In this document: one piece after another, positions 8,339 through 17,942 of the stretch
How the letters are laid out: each line of letters opens with the position of its first letter
Position numbering within the stretch: the first letter of the stretch is position 1
DNA from: Kiloniellales bacterium
GTDB taxonomy: Bacteria > Pseudomonadota > Alphaproteobacteria > Kiloniellales > J153
Length of the DNA: 64,000 bases
Assembly (NCBI GenBank): GCA_036397065.1
Contig: DASWJP010000109.1
Location: forward strand, 32,538-96,537
Reading direction: 5' to 3'
Position numbers and translations under genes: made by a program
Notes under the pieces: generated by a model
Seen by the model: only the letters and a program-made list of their open reading frames with translations
What the model was told of the DNA's origin: nothing
Database searches by the model: none

Positions 8339-9544
8339 CTAGACCGCTTCGAGGGCCACGGCGATCCCTTGTCCGACACCGATGCACATAGCGGCGATGG
8401 CCCGCGTGCCGCCGGTCTCCACCAACTGAAGCGCCGCCGTGCCGGTGATGCGGGCCCCGGACATGCCCAGGGGATGGCCCAGGGCGATGGCGCCACCGTT
8501 GGCGTTGACGTGGGCGGCATCGTCGGCGATGCCCAGTTCGCGCAAGGTGGCCAAAGCCTGGCTGGCAAAGGCCTCGTTCAACTCCATCACATCGAAATCC
8601 ACGGGCGAAAGCCTTAGCCGGGCGCACAGCTTCTGGCTCGCCGGGGCCGGGCCGATGCCCATGATCCGCGGTGCGACTCCCGCCGTGGCGCCGCCCAGAA
8701 TGCGGGCCATGGGGGTCAGGCCATGGCGCTTGGCTGCCGCCGCCGAAGCGACGATCAACGCCGCCGCCCCGTCATTGACGCCGGAGGCATTCCCCGCTGT
8801 GACGGTGCCGCCGTCACGGAATGGCGTCGGCAGCTTGGCCAGCGCCGCCACTGTGGCCGTCGGTCGCGGATGCTCGTCGCGGTCCACAACGATGGGATCG
8901 CCCTTGCGCTGGGCCACCGAGACCGGGGTGATTTCCTTGGCCAGGCGCCCGTTGTCCATGGCCTGGCCCGCCCGTTGTTGCGAGCGCACGGCGAAGGCGT
9001 CCTGATCCGGCCGGCTGATACGGAAGTCCTCGGCCACGTTCTCCGCCGTCTCGGGCATGGAGTCGACACCGTACATCTGCCGCATCACCGGATTGATGAG
9101 GCGCCAGCCGATGGTCGTATCCTCCATGATCGCTGCGCGCGAGAAGGCCGCCTCGGCCTTGGACACCACGAAGGGCGCCCGCGACATGCTCTCGACGCCG
9201 CCGGCGATCAGCAAATCCGCCTCGCCGGCGCGGATCGCCCGCGCCGCCGTAACCACCGCATCCATGCCGGAGCCGCACAGGCGATTGATGGTGCTCCCGG
9301 AGATGCTGTGCGGCAGGCCGGCGAGCAGCAGGCTCATGCGGGCGACGTTGCGGTTGTCCTCGCCCGCCTGATTGGCACAGCCCAGGATGACATCGTCCAC
9401 CGCCTCCCAATCGACGCGGCCGTTCCGCTGCATGAGCGCACGCAAGGGAATGGCGCCCAGATCGTCGGTGCGCACCGTAGACAGCGCACCGGCGAAGCGG
9501 CCGATCGGCGTGCGGATATAATCGCAGATGAAGGCTTCAGCCAT
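8339..9544 (-). CDS. pcaF: Beta-ketoadipyl-CoA thiolase (acetyl-CoA C-acyltransferase, PcaF/PaaJ type).
   Basis: Start MAEAFICDYIRTPIGRF. Thiolase motifs NRLCGSGMDA, NEAFA and GGAIALGHPLGMSGAR are present. Sits in pca context. Confidence 0.85.
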   Translation of the reverse strand: MAEAFICDYIRTPIGRFAGALSTVRTDDLGAIPLRALMQRNGRVDWEAVDDVILGCANQAGEDNRNVARMSLLLAGLPHSISGSTINRLCGSGMDAVVTAARAIRAGEADLLIAGGVESMSRAPFVVSKAEAAFSRAAIMEDTTIGWRLINPVMRQMYGVDSMPETAENVAEDFRISRPDQDAFAVRSQQRAGQAMDNGRLAKEITPVSVAQRKGDPIVVDRDEHPRPTATVAALAKLPTPFRDGGTVTAGNASGVNDGAAALIVASAAAAKRHGLTPMARILGGATAGVAPRIMGIGPAPASQKLCARLRLSPVDFDVMELNEAFASQALATLRELGIADDAAHVNANGGAIALGHPLGMSGARITGTAALQLVETGGTRAIAAMCIGVGQGIAVALEAV

Positions 9545-10340
9545 TCCCGGTCTCACCTTTGGTTTGCTTCGATTGACCCCGGTGCGCGACATCCGTGCGA
9601 GCCTGCAGATCGCGCAGCACCTTTAATTCCTGTTTGGCCGGCGGCGGCGTTTCGGCCACTCGACCGGCGAATTTTACCGGCCAGCCGACGGTCTCGCGCA
9701 CCTGATCCCGGGTGACGCCGGGGTGCAGGGAGACGACGGTAAATTCCTTGCTCTCCGCGTCCGGCTCCCACACGGCAAGATCGGTGATCAGCTTGGTCGG
9801 TCCCTTGGTGCGAACGCCGTGCCGGGCCCGGTCATCGCCGCCGCGGCCGTGGCCCATGGAGGTCACGAAATCGATCTTCTCGACGAACCCGCGATTGGTT
9901 TGCTTCATAGTGATGAAAATCTCGCCGCACGATGTGGCGATTTCCGGGGCGCCGCCGCCGCCGGGCAGACGCACCTTGGGTTTGGCATAGGGGCCGACAA
10001 CCGTGGTGTTGATGTTGCCGAACTTGTCGAGCTGTGCCGCGCCGAGAAAGCCAATGGTGATGCGCCCGCCTTGCAGCCAATAGCGAAACATTTCGGCCAC
10101 CGGCACGGTGGTGACAGCGGTATCGCACAGCTCGCCATCGCCGATCGACAGCGGCAGGATATCCGGCTTGGTGCCGATGGTCCCCGATTCATAGATGAGA
10201 GTGAGATCGGGCGCGTGCGTCAACCGGGCGAGGTTGCAGGCGGCGGACGGCGCGCCGATGCCGACGAAACATACATCGTCGTTCTTCAGCAGCCGCGCCG
10301 CGGCGACGATCATCATCTCGTTGGCGGTGTAGCCGCTCAT
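9537..10340 (-). CDS. pcaJ: 3-oxoadipate:succinyl-CoA transferase subunit B (CoA-transferase family I beta subunit).
   Basis: Start MSGYTANEMM at 10340 overlaps the subunit A stop in ATGA. Contains ESG and GGGGAPE motifs. The 489-aa track ORF is a false extension. Confidence 0.75.
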   Translation of the reverse strand: MSGYTANEMMIVAAARLLKNDDVCFVGIGAPSAACNLARLTHAPDLTLIYESGTIGTKPDILPLSIGDGELCDTAVTTVPVAEMFRYWLQGGRITIGFLGAAQLDKFGNINTTVVGPYAKPKVRLPGGGGAPEIATSCGEIFITMKQTNRGFVEKIDFVTSMGHGRGGDDRARHGVRTKGPTKLITDLAVWEPDAESKEFTVVSLHPGVTRDQVRETVGWPVKFAGRVAETPPPAKQELKVLRDLQARTDVAHRGQSKQTKGETGNG

Positions 10341-11197
10341 CGCTCGCCCCTGCCGCTGGCCGCGATCCGGCGGGCAAAGACCTCGGGGCCGGCCTTGATC
10401 ACGTGTTCGTCCATCCAGGCGAGAAAGCGATCGCGGTCCGCCGAAATCTCGTCCCATTCCAGGTACGCGGCATTGTCCCGCATGTAGTAGCCGTGCGCAT
10501 ACGAGGGATGCGCGCCGCCGGGCACGGCAACGATGGCGGAAACCGTCCAGTGCGGCAGGATGCAGGCATTCGTGTGCACGCCGGCGAAATCCTCGACAAC
10601 TTCTTCGACCGTAACGATCGACCGCTTGGCGGCCAAGACAACCTCCTTCTGTGCCCCGGTGATGCCCTCGATCAGCACGTCGCCGCGCTGGTTCGCCTTT
10701 TGCGCGTGAATGATGCCGACATCGGGAGTCAGGGCCGGAACCGCCGCCAGATGTTCCCCCGTGAACGGGCAGATGATGGATTTGATGTTCGGGTTCACGT
10801 CCTTCAGCTCGGCGCCGATGTAGCCGCGGAAAATCGCGCAAGGCAGCCCCGCGGCACCGGCTTCGTAGGCATTGGCCATGGCGGCGTGGGAATGCTCCTC
10901 GATCTCGAGGGGATGCGGCCAGTCGTTTTCGACCGCATCGCGCAACCGGCGCAGCAGCCCGACGCCGGGATTTCCGGCGAAGGAGAAGATCAGTTTCCGG
11001 GCGCAACCCATGCCGATCATCTGGTCGTAGATCAGATCCGGCGTCATGCGGATCAGGGTCAGGTCGCGGCGGCCCTGGCGGATGGTTTCGTGCGCCGCCG
11101 CATGGGGGATCAGATGGGTGAAGCCCTCCATGGCCACAGCATCGCCGTCATGGACGTAAGCCGCCACCGCCTCCCGAAGAGACATGAACGTCGCCAT
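10337..11197 (-). CDS. pcaI: 3-oxoadipate:succinyl-CoA transferase subunit A (CoA-transferase family I alpha subunit).
   Basis: Start MATFMSLREAV at 11197, 4 nt after the pcaG-relic stop. Sits between the pcaG relic and pcaJ/pcaF. Confidence 0.75.
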   Translation of the reverse strand: MATFMSLREAVAAYVHDGDAVAMEGFTHLIPHAAAHETIRQGRRDLTLIRMTPDLIYDQMIGMGCARKLIFSFAGNPGVGLLRRLRDAVENDWPHPLEIEEHSHAAMANAYEAGAAGLPCAIFRGYIGAELKDVNPNIKSIICPFTGEHLAAVPALTPDVGIIHAQKANQRGDVLIEGITGAQKEVVLAAKRSIVTVEEVVEDFAGVHTNACILPHWTVSAIVAVPGGAHPSYAHGYYMRDNAAYLEWDEISADRDRFLAWMDEHVIKAGPEVFARRIAASGRGER

Positions 11198-11201
11198 AGC
11201 C

Positions 11202-11450
11202 TTAGCCCCTGGGAACCCCTTGCGATCGGACGTCGAAGAATACGGTTTCCCGGTCGCCCTGCATATGAATATCAAAGCGATAGGCAACCCCGGTGGCGGT
11301 GTCCTCGCGCCTGGCGATCAGCGTCTCCCGCCGCGCCTTGGGCACCGCGTTCCACACTGGGTCGGCGGCGTTGGCCGCCGCCTCGTCGGAGAAATAGAGG
11401 CGTGTATAGGCATGGCTCAACAGGCCGCCGGTAGCATGCGTTCTAGGCGC
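11202..11450 (-). pseudogene. pcaG: 3' relic of the protocatechuate 3,4-dioxygenase alpha subunit. Only about the last 70 codons remain.
   Basis: HAYTRLYFSDEAAANAADPVWNAVPKARRETLIARREDTATGVAYRFDIHMQGDRETVFFDV matches the conserved PcaG C-terminus (..HTRLYFxDE..AN..DPVL....RRETLIA....YRFDIxxQGxxETVFFD). Homology begins right at the stop of the upstream ABC ATPase gene. No pcaH is present. Confidence 0.8.
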
Positions 11451-12510
11451 GCACCAGTGTGACGCCGCGCTGCGTGAGCTGGATGGCAACTGTATCGCCG
11501 GCCTTCGCCGGCCGGTCGATTCCCGGTTCGATGACGAATAGCTCACCGAGCGGGGTCGCCAGCGTATACTCCATGTGGCTGCCCAGGTATGTGGCCTTCA
11601 ACACAGTGGCCTCAAGCGCCCCGTCGCCAGCGGACTGCGCCAGCCGCACCGCCTCGGGCCGGATCGCCACTTTGACCGGCCCCGGACCTAGGCCGCGTGC
11701 TGGCAATGTCCGCTCGATGGGGCCCATGCGCACCAGCGCCTCGCCGTTGCTGACCGTCTCGATCTCGCCGTCGACTAGGTTGGCATCGCCGATGAAGTCG
11801 GCGACGAAGCGATCGGCGGGCGCTTCGTAGAGATCCCGCGGCGCACCTTCCTGGGCGATCTCGGCGTTCTTCATGACGATGATCTTGTCGGAAACTGCCA
11901 GCGCCTCCTGCTGATCGTGGGTCACATACACCGACGTCAGGCCCAGACGCTGCTGCAGCTCACGGATATCCTCGCGCACCTGGCGGCGCAACTTGGCATC
12001 GAGATTCGACAGGGGCTCGTCGAACAGCAGTACCGCCGGTTCCAGAACCAGGGCGCGGGCAACGGCCACCCGTTGCTGCTGCCCGCCCGATAGCTCGCTC
12101 GGCAGGCGCGCGCCATAGCCCGCCAGGCCGACCATCCGCAGCCCTTCCTCGGCCCGCTCGCGCACTTCGGCTTTCGGCAGCTTCGACATGATCAGGCCGT
12201 AGGACACATTCTCGATCACCGTCATGTGCGGAAACAATGCATAGGATTGAAACACCATCGACACGTCGCGGTCGGTGGCCGGCAGGGCGGTGACGTCCTG
12301 ATCGCCGATCAGTACGCGCCCGGCACTCGCCATCTCCAGACCGGCGATCATGCGCAACGTGGTGGTCTTGCCGCAGCCGGACGGGCCGAGCAACGTGACC
12401 AGCGTGCCCGGTTCGATCTCGAACGACACCTCGCGCACGGCGACCACCGAGCCATACGTCTTGGTGACATTCTCAAAGACCACACGGGCCGCCTTGCCGC
12501 CGATCTTCAT
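11443..12510 (-). CDS. ABC transporter ATP-binding protein (FbpC/PotA-like, with a C-terminal TOBE-type domain).
   Basis: Walker A GPSGCGKTT, signature LSGGQQQRVA and Walker B LLFDEPLS. ATGA overlap with the permease stop. Confidence 0.9.
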   Translation of the reverse strand: MKIGGKAARVVFENVTKTYGSVVAVREVSFEIEPGTLVTLLGPSGCGKTTTLRMIAGLEMASAGRVLIGDQDVTALPATDRDVSMVFQSYALFPHMTVIENVSYGLIMSKLPKAEVRERAEEGLRMVGLAGYGARLPSELSGGQQQRVAVARALVLEPAVLLFDEPLSNLDAKLRRQVREDIRELQQRLGLTSVYVTHDQQEALAVSDKIIVMKNAEIAQEGAPRDLYEAPADRFVADFIGDANLVDGEIETVSNGEALVRMGPIERTLPARGLGPGPVKVAIRPEAVRLAQSAGDGALEATVLKATYLGSHMEYTLATPLGELFVIEPGIDRPAKAGDTVAIQLTQRGVTLVRA

Positions 12511-14720
12511 CCCGCTGCCTCACCGACCAGTGCTGTTGTGCCAACGCCGCGCCGCCGCAGTTGCCGTTTACCGACCACCAGCTGCACAAGGAGAATCGCC
12601 GCCAGCATGACCAGTATCAGCACCGAGGAATAGGCAATCGCCAAGCCATAGTCGCCGTTCTCGACCCGGCCGATGATATAGGAAGTCGCCATGTCGTAGT
12701 TGGCGCTGACCAGGAATATGACGGCGCTGATCGCGGTCATGGCGCGCACGAAGGAAAAGACCAGGGCGGCGACGATGGCCGGGCGCAGCAGCGGCAGGAT
12801 GACGCGCCGCACGGTGGCAAAGGTGTTGGCGCCGAGCGTCAGCGAGGCTTCGTCGAGGCTTTGATCGAGCTGGCTCATGGACGCAACCCCCGCGCGCACG
12901 CCCACCGGCATGTTCCGGAATACGAAACAGATCACCAGGATAATACCCGTGCCGGTGATCTCGATCGGCGGCACGTTGAAGGCCAGGATATAGCTGATAC
13001 CGATCACCGTGCCGGGAATGGCGAAGCTCAGCATGGTGCCGAACTCGAAGGCTTCGCGCCCGGCAAAGCGCTGCCGCACCAGCAGATAGGCGGTCAATAG
13101 GCCAATCGCGGCGGTCAGCGGCGCCGAAACGGCGGCAATGGTGATGGTGGTCCAGAAGGAATTCCAGGCCGCGCCGCTCCACACCAGGCCGTACTCGCTT
13201 TGCGTAATCGAGAAGGCCTCGATGTAGTGGCGTAACGTGAAGCTGTGGTCGCGGCCCCAGGTCACCACGAAGCCGCCAAACATGATCATCCCGTAGATGA
13301 CCAGGGTCAGCCCGGCCCACGGCAGGGCCAGGCCGTAAGCGGCGCCGGTCACCACCTTGGGCAACGGCGCAAATTGACCGGCATCGCCCTTGCCCGTGAT
13401 CGTGGTGTAGGACTTGCGGCCCACCCAGCGGCGCTGGGCGTAGAAGGCGGTCAAGGTGAAGGCGAGCAAGATCAGGGCCAGCACCGCGGCGCGGCCCTGA
13501 TCGAACTGCGAACCGACAATGGCGAAGAATATCTCGGTCGACAGCACGCCAAACCGGCCGCCGAGCACCAACGGGTTGCCGAAATCGGCAAGGCTCTCGA
13601 TGAAGCCGAGCAGGAAGGCGTTGGCCAGCCCCGGGCGCATCAAGGGCAACGACACTGTCGTAAAGGCCTTCCAGGAATTGGCGCGCAGGGTCAGGGCGGC
13701 TTCTTCCATGGACGGGCTGACGCCCTCGACGACACCGATCATCACCAGGAACGAGATCGGCGCGAACGCCAGCGTCTGGGCGAACCACACACCGGGCAGA
13801 CCGTAAACCCATCGCGAGGCGGGAATGGCGAAGGTCTGCTCCAGGAATTGGGTGACCGCGCCGGAACGGCCGAACAACAGAATGACCGCCAGCCCGATGA
13901 CGAACGGCGGGGTGACGATCGGCAGCACGGTCAGGATGCGCAGCGGGCGCTTGAGCCGGAAATCGGTGCGGGTCGCGATCAGGGCGAACGCCAAACCCAG
14001 AACCGTGGTCGAGACGGCGGTCAAGATCGCCAGCAGCAGGGAATTCCAGGCCACACCGCAGGAATACGCACCGGTGAGACAACTCAGCCCCCAGATCTTC
14101 CGGTCGACGAAACGCTCGAGGAAGGCGCCGATCGCCAACGACCCCTCCTTGTCCTGGAGCGCCGAGACCAGGATGTTCAGGACCGGGAAAAACACGAAGG
14201 CGGCGACCAAGGCGATGATCAGGCCGATCGAGCCGACCACGAAAACATCACCCTTGACCGCGCCGCGTGCGGCCAGCCCCTGGGTGAAGAGAAACAGACA
14301 GGCACCGGCGGCCAGCAGCGCGCCATAGCCGAGGCCGAATTGACGGGTCTCGAGCGGGCCGAACAGCGCCTCGAGAACGGAAAACTCCCAGCCCCTGAGG
14401 CCGATGGCAAACGCCTGGAACAGCAGATAGGCGAGGCCGCCGCCACCGGCGAGCAACAGCACATTACGGAACAGCGGATCGCTCTTTGGCCGCTTCAGCA
14501 CCAGCAATGGTGCGAGAAGGGCGATCCCCACGGGGGCAAGCCATGGCTTGCCCCCGATGAAGACCTGAAGAATGGCCGGTGCCGACTCGCGGTCCAGCGG
14601 GTTGCCCTCGAGTACCCAGTCGAAGGCCCAGAAACCGTACTCGATGGCGTACCAGGGCAGAATCGCGAAACCAACCCAGCCCACGGCCAGCCACAGGCCG
14701 ACAGTTCTGTTCACCATCAC
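12507..14720 (-). CDS. Fused double-domain ABC permease (iron(III)/thiamine-type, FbpB-like, 737 aa).
   Basis: Two repeated permease halves, each with an EAA-like loop (EEAALTLRANSW / DEASLTLGANTF). Highly hydrophobic. Confidence 0.85.
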   Translation of the reverse strand: MMVNRTVGLWLAVGWVGFAILPWYAIEYGFWAFDWVLEGNPLDRESAPAILQVFIGGKPWLAPVGIALLAPLLVLKRPKSDPLFRNVLLLAGGGGLAYLLFQAFAIGLRGWEFSVLEALFGPLETRQFGLGYGALLAAGACLFLFTQGLAARGAVKGDVFVVGSIGLIIALVAAFVFFPVLNILVSALQDKEGSLAIGAFLERFVDRKIWGLSCLTGAYSCGVAWNSLLLAILTAVSTTVLGLAFALIATRTDFRLKRPLRILTVLPIVTPPFVIGLAVILLFGRSGAVTQFLEQTFAIPASRWVYGLPGVWFAQTLAFAPISFLVMIGVVEGVSPSMEEAALTLRANSWKAFTTVSLPLMRPGLANAFLLGFIESLADFGNPLVLGGRFGVLSTEIFFAIVGSQFDQGRAAVLALILLAFTLTAFYAQRRWVGRKSYTTITGKGDAGQFAPLPKVVTGAAYGLALPWAGLTLVIYGMIMFGGFVVTWGRDHSFTLRHYIEAFSITQSEYGLVWSGAAWNSFWTTITIAAVSAPLTAAIGLLTAYLLVRQRFAGREAFEFGTMLSFAIPGTVIGISYILAFNVPPIEITGTGIILVICFVFRNMPVGVRAGVASMSQLDQSLDEASLTLGANTFATVRRVILPLLRPAIVAALVFSFVRAMTAISAVIFLVSANYDMATSYIIGRVENGDYGLAIAYSSVLILVMLAAILLVQLVVGKRQLRRRGVGTTALVGEAAG

Positions 14721-14766
14721 CAGCCGCCCGACGTCTCCGGTTTCGCCGGCTTCGTCCGGCTGCGCC

Positions 14767-15804
14767 TTATTGCGGCAAGGCGCCGACCTCGTCGTCCCAC
14801 TTCTTCAGGAGACGGGTCCGCTCGTCGGACGAGCCGTATTTCTTGAAGTCGTAGTCGATCAACTTGATCTCATCGAGGTTGGGTGCACCCGGCGGCGGCG
14901 TGGACTGGGAATTCGACGGCACCTGATAGGCACCGACCTGGCCGGCCAGCATCTGCACGTCGGGCCGCAGGGCGAAATCGTAGAACTTCTTGGCGCTATC
15001 CAGATTCCGCGCCCCATTGATGATCGACATGGAGCCGATTTCGTAGCCGGTGCCTTCGCACGGAGCGACAACCTTGACCGGGAAGCCGGCGGCGACCTGG
15101 GTGACGATGTCGTGCATGAAGGTGATGCCGATCGTCGTTTCGCCGCGCGCCGCCGCCTTGATCGGCGCCGAGCCGGACTTGGTGTATTGGTTGACGTTCT
15201 TGTGCAGGCCCTTCAGCCATTCGAAGCCCTTATCCTCGCCGAGCAACTGCACCATCGTGGCCAGGGTCGTATAGGCGGTGCCCGACGAATTCGGATTGGC
15301 GATCTGCACCTCGCCCTTGTAGGCGGGGTTGACCAGATCCGCCCAGCACTTCGGCACGGGCAGATTCTTCGCCTTCAGCAACTCCTCATTGTAGCCGAAA
15401 CCCAGCGCTCCGGCGTAGATGCCGACCGTCTTGTACCCGGCGGACTTGGCCTGGCTCTGCGACCAGGGCAGCAGCTCCGCCAGCATGGGCGACTGGTACT
15501 CCTGGCTCAGCCCTTCTTCGGCCGCCTGCAAATGCGGATCGCCGGTGCCGCCCCACCAGACATCGCCCTTGGGATTGCCGGCCTCGGCCTTGATCTGGGC
15601 GAAGGTCTCGCCCGACGACTTGCGGGTCATGGCAACGTCGATCCCGGTCTCCTTGGTGAAGGCCTCGACCATGAGCTGGCACCATTCGATCTGTGGGCTG
15701 CAGTAAAGGGTCAGCCGCTCGGCCGCACTGGCCGAACCGAAGCCGGCGGCCAGCGTCAATGCCAAGGCGGCGAAGACCGTCTTGCCCAATGTCCGTATCA
15801 TCAT
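14767..15804 (-). CDS. Periplasmic substrate-binding protein of the Fe3+/thiamine-type ABC family.
   Basis: Signal peptide MMIRTLGKTVFAALALTLAAGFGSASA. GGGAGGA RBS upstream of tandem ATGs at 15804 and 15801. Confidence 0.8.
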   Translation of the reverse strand: MMIRTLGKTVFAALALTLAAGFGSASAAERLTLYCSPQIEWCQLMVEAFTKETGIDVAMTRKSSGETFAQIKAEAGNPKGDVWWGGTGDPHLQAAEEGLSQEYQSPMLAELLPWSQSQAKSAGYKTVGIYAGALGFGYNEELLKAKNLPVPKCWADLVNPAYKGEVQIANPNSSGTAYTTLATMVQLLGEDKGFEWLKGLHKNVNQYTKSGSAPIKAAARGETTIGITFMHDIVTQVAAGFPVKVVAPCEGTGYEIGSMSIINGARNLDSAKKFYDFALRPDVQMLAGQVGAYQVPSNSQSTPPPGAPNLDEIKLIDYDFKKYGSSDERTRLLKKWDDEVGALPQ

Positions 15805-15991
15805 GTTCCTCCCTGTTGCTGTTATTTTCATGGCATCGGTGACAGGCCACGGACGGCCGGATCGCCTTGTCCAGGGTCTCTTGTTACGGCGGCTGCGGAT
15901 CGTCGGTTGGCGGCAAAAGTGCGGCCGACCCCACGCGCCCCAGCGGCTGCTCGGACCCTATGAAATGAAAATATCATAGAACAGTTACGAT

Positions 15992-16005
15992 GGAACAGTT
16001 ATTTC
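15992..16005. promoter_or_regulatory. IolR-type operator candidate GGAA-CAGTTA-TTTC in the promoter region of the SDR-iolG operon. Embedded in TGGAACAGT repeats and an AAATGAAA/TTTCATTT dyad (15962-16031).
   Basis: Read from sequence. One mismatch to the GGAA-N6-TTCC motif reported for the RpiR-type IolR of Sinorhizobium meliloti. Confidence 0.45.
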
Positions 16006-16096
16006 ATTTCCTTCGGGGAATGGAACAGTCTATCGATATGGCAGCGGACCAGCCGACGCATTCAGCGGCCAAGAGATCAGGGAGCGAGTTCAAGCC

Positions 16097-16894
16097 ATGA
16101 CCGATACACCTGTGAAAGGGCGGGTCTTCGTGGTCACGGGCGGCACCCAGGGAATCGGCGAAGCCATCGCCCACCGGCTGGCCCGCGCCGGGGCCGGCGG
16201 CGTGGTGATCGCCGGACGCGATCAACGGCGGGGCCAGGCGGTTTGCGCCGAGATCTCCGGGTTGGGTGCCAAAGCCCACTTCGTGGGCGCCGATCTGGCA
16301 GCGGTGGCATCATGCCGGACAGTGGTGGCCGCCTGCGCACAGCATTTCGGCCGCCTCGACGGTCTGGTCAATGCCGCCGGGATCACCGACCGGGGCGGCA
16401 TCGACGACACCACCCCCGAGACCTGGGACCGCCTGTTCGCCGTGAACGTGCGCGCGCCCTTCTTTCTCGCCCAGGACGCCGTCAAGCTGATGCGCCGCAA
16501 CCCGATCGAGGGCTTGGCCCAGGCCGGCGCCATCGTCAACATCATCACCATGTCCAGCCATGGCGGGCAGCCGAAGCTGACGGCCTATGCCGCCTCCAAG
16601 GGCGCGCTTGTTACATTGACCCGCAATCTCGGCCATGCCCTGCGGCATCAGCGGATTCGGGTCAACGGATTGAACATCGGCTGGACCGATACCCCCAACG
16701 AGCACCAGGTTCAGCGCACCGAAGGGCAGCCGGACGATTGGCTGGTCCGCGCCGAGGCCAAGCAGCCCTTCGGGCGACTGATCAAACCGGCCGACGTCGC
16801 CGAAGCGGCCCTGTTCCTGCTGGGGCCCGCATCCGGTGTGATGACCGGCGCGGTGATCGACTACGACCAGATGGTCATCGGCGCCTACGAATAG
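16097..16894 (+). CDS. Short-chain dehydrogenase/reductase (SDR), first gene of an operon with iolG.
   Basis: TGGTQGIG cofactor motif and catalytic S...YAASK. AGGGAG RBS. Confidence 0.85.
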   Translation: MTDTPVKGRVFVVTGGTQGIGEAIAHRLARAGAGGVVIAGRDQRRGQAVCAEISGLGAKAHFVGADLAAVASCRTVVAACAQHFGRLDGLVNAAGITDRGGIDDTTPETWDRLFAVNVRAPFFLAQDAVKLMRRNPIEGLAQAGAIVNIITMSSHGGQPKLTAYAASKGALVTLTRNLGHALRHQRIRVNGLNIGWTDTPNEHQVQRTEGQPDDWLVRAEAKQPFGRLIKPADVAEAALFLLGPASGVMTGAVIDYDQMVIGAYE

Positions 16895-16935
16895 CCGCGC
16901 CTCAACACACGGGAATTTTGGGAGAAGAAACGACT

Positions 16936-17925
16936 ATGATCGCGGTGGCACAGTTCGGGGCGGGCCGGATCGGCCAAATCCACGCGCGCAACGTCGCGGC
17001 GGGCGGCGAGGCGCGGATCAAGTACATCATCGACGTCAACCGTCCGGCGGCTGAGGGCTTGGCCGCGGCGGTGGGCGCGCAGGTGACGGATGCCGACAGC
17101 GCGCTGGCCGATGCGGAGATCGGCGCGGTGGTCATCGCCACTTCGACGGATACCCATGCCGATCTGATCGAAGCCGCCGCCCGCGCCGGCAAGGCGATCT
17201 TTTGCGAAAAGCCGATCGACCTCGACCTTGCCCGCACCAAAGCCTGCCTCAAGGCCGTGGCGAAGGCGGCGGTGCCGCTGCTGATCGGCTTCAACCGGCG
17301 TTTCGATCCCTCCTTCGCCGCATTGAAGGAGTCCCTCGATGCCGGGCGTATCGGCAAGCTGGAGAATCTGTCCATCATCAGCCGCGATCCGGCGCCGCCG
17401 CCGGCCGGCTATGTCGCGCGCTCCGGCGGCCTGTTTCGCGACATGATGATCCACGACTTCGACATGAGCCGTTGGCTGCTGGGGGCCGAGCCGGTGCGCG
17501 TGTATGCCCGAGGCAGCGTGCTGGTCGATCCGGCCATCGGCAAGGCGGGCGATATCGACAGTGCCGTTGTGGTGCTGGAAACGGCGGCCGGCGTTCTCTG
17601 CCAGATCGTCAATTCACGCCGCGCCACGTTCGGCTATGACCAGCGCATCGAAGCCTTCGGCGAGAAGGGCATGCTTCTGGCCGGCAATCGCGATCCCCGC
17701 TCGCTGCACCTGTGGAACGACAGCGGCATGACCGGCGAGAAGCCGCATTACTCCTTCCTCGAACGCTACGCCGAGGCCTATCAGGTGGAGATGGCGCACT
17801 TCTTCGCCTTCGTGGCCGGCCGGGAAAAATCCCTGAGAGTCACCGCCTACGACGGCTTGCGGGCGCTGGAAGTGGCGGAAGCGGCCAACCAGTCCCTGAA
17901 AAGCGGCCAGGCGGTCGAGCTGTAA
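16936..17925 (+). CDS. iolG: myo-Inositol 2-dehydrogenase (Gfo/Idh/MocA family).
   Basis: Start MIAVAQFGAGRIGQIHA at the ATG at 16936 after a GGAGAAGAA RBS. EKP motif (FCEKPIDL). Sits in iol context. The track ORF 16243..17925 is a false extension. Confidence 0.8.
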   Translation: MIAVAQFGAGRIGQIHARNVAAGGEARIKYIIDVNRPAAEGLAAAVGAQVTDADSALADAEIGAVVIATSTDTHADLIEAAARAGKAIFCEKPIDLDLARTKACLKAVAKAAVPLLIGFNRRFDPSFAALKESLDAGRIGKLENLSIISRDPAPPPAGYVARSGGLFRDMMIHDFDMSRWLLGAEPVRVYARGSVLVDPAIGKAGDIDSAVVVLETAAGVLCQIVNSRRATFGYDQRIEAFGEKGMLLAGNRDPRSLHLWNDSGMTGEKPHYSFLERYAEAYQVEMAHFFAFVAGREKSLRVTAYDGLRALEVAEAANQSLKSGQAVEL

Positions 17926-17942
17926 CGCCCGGCGTTGCACGG

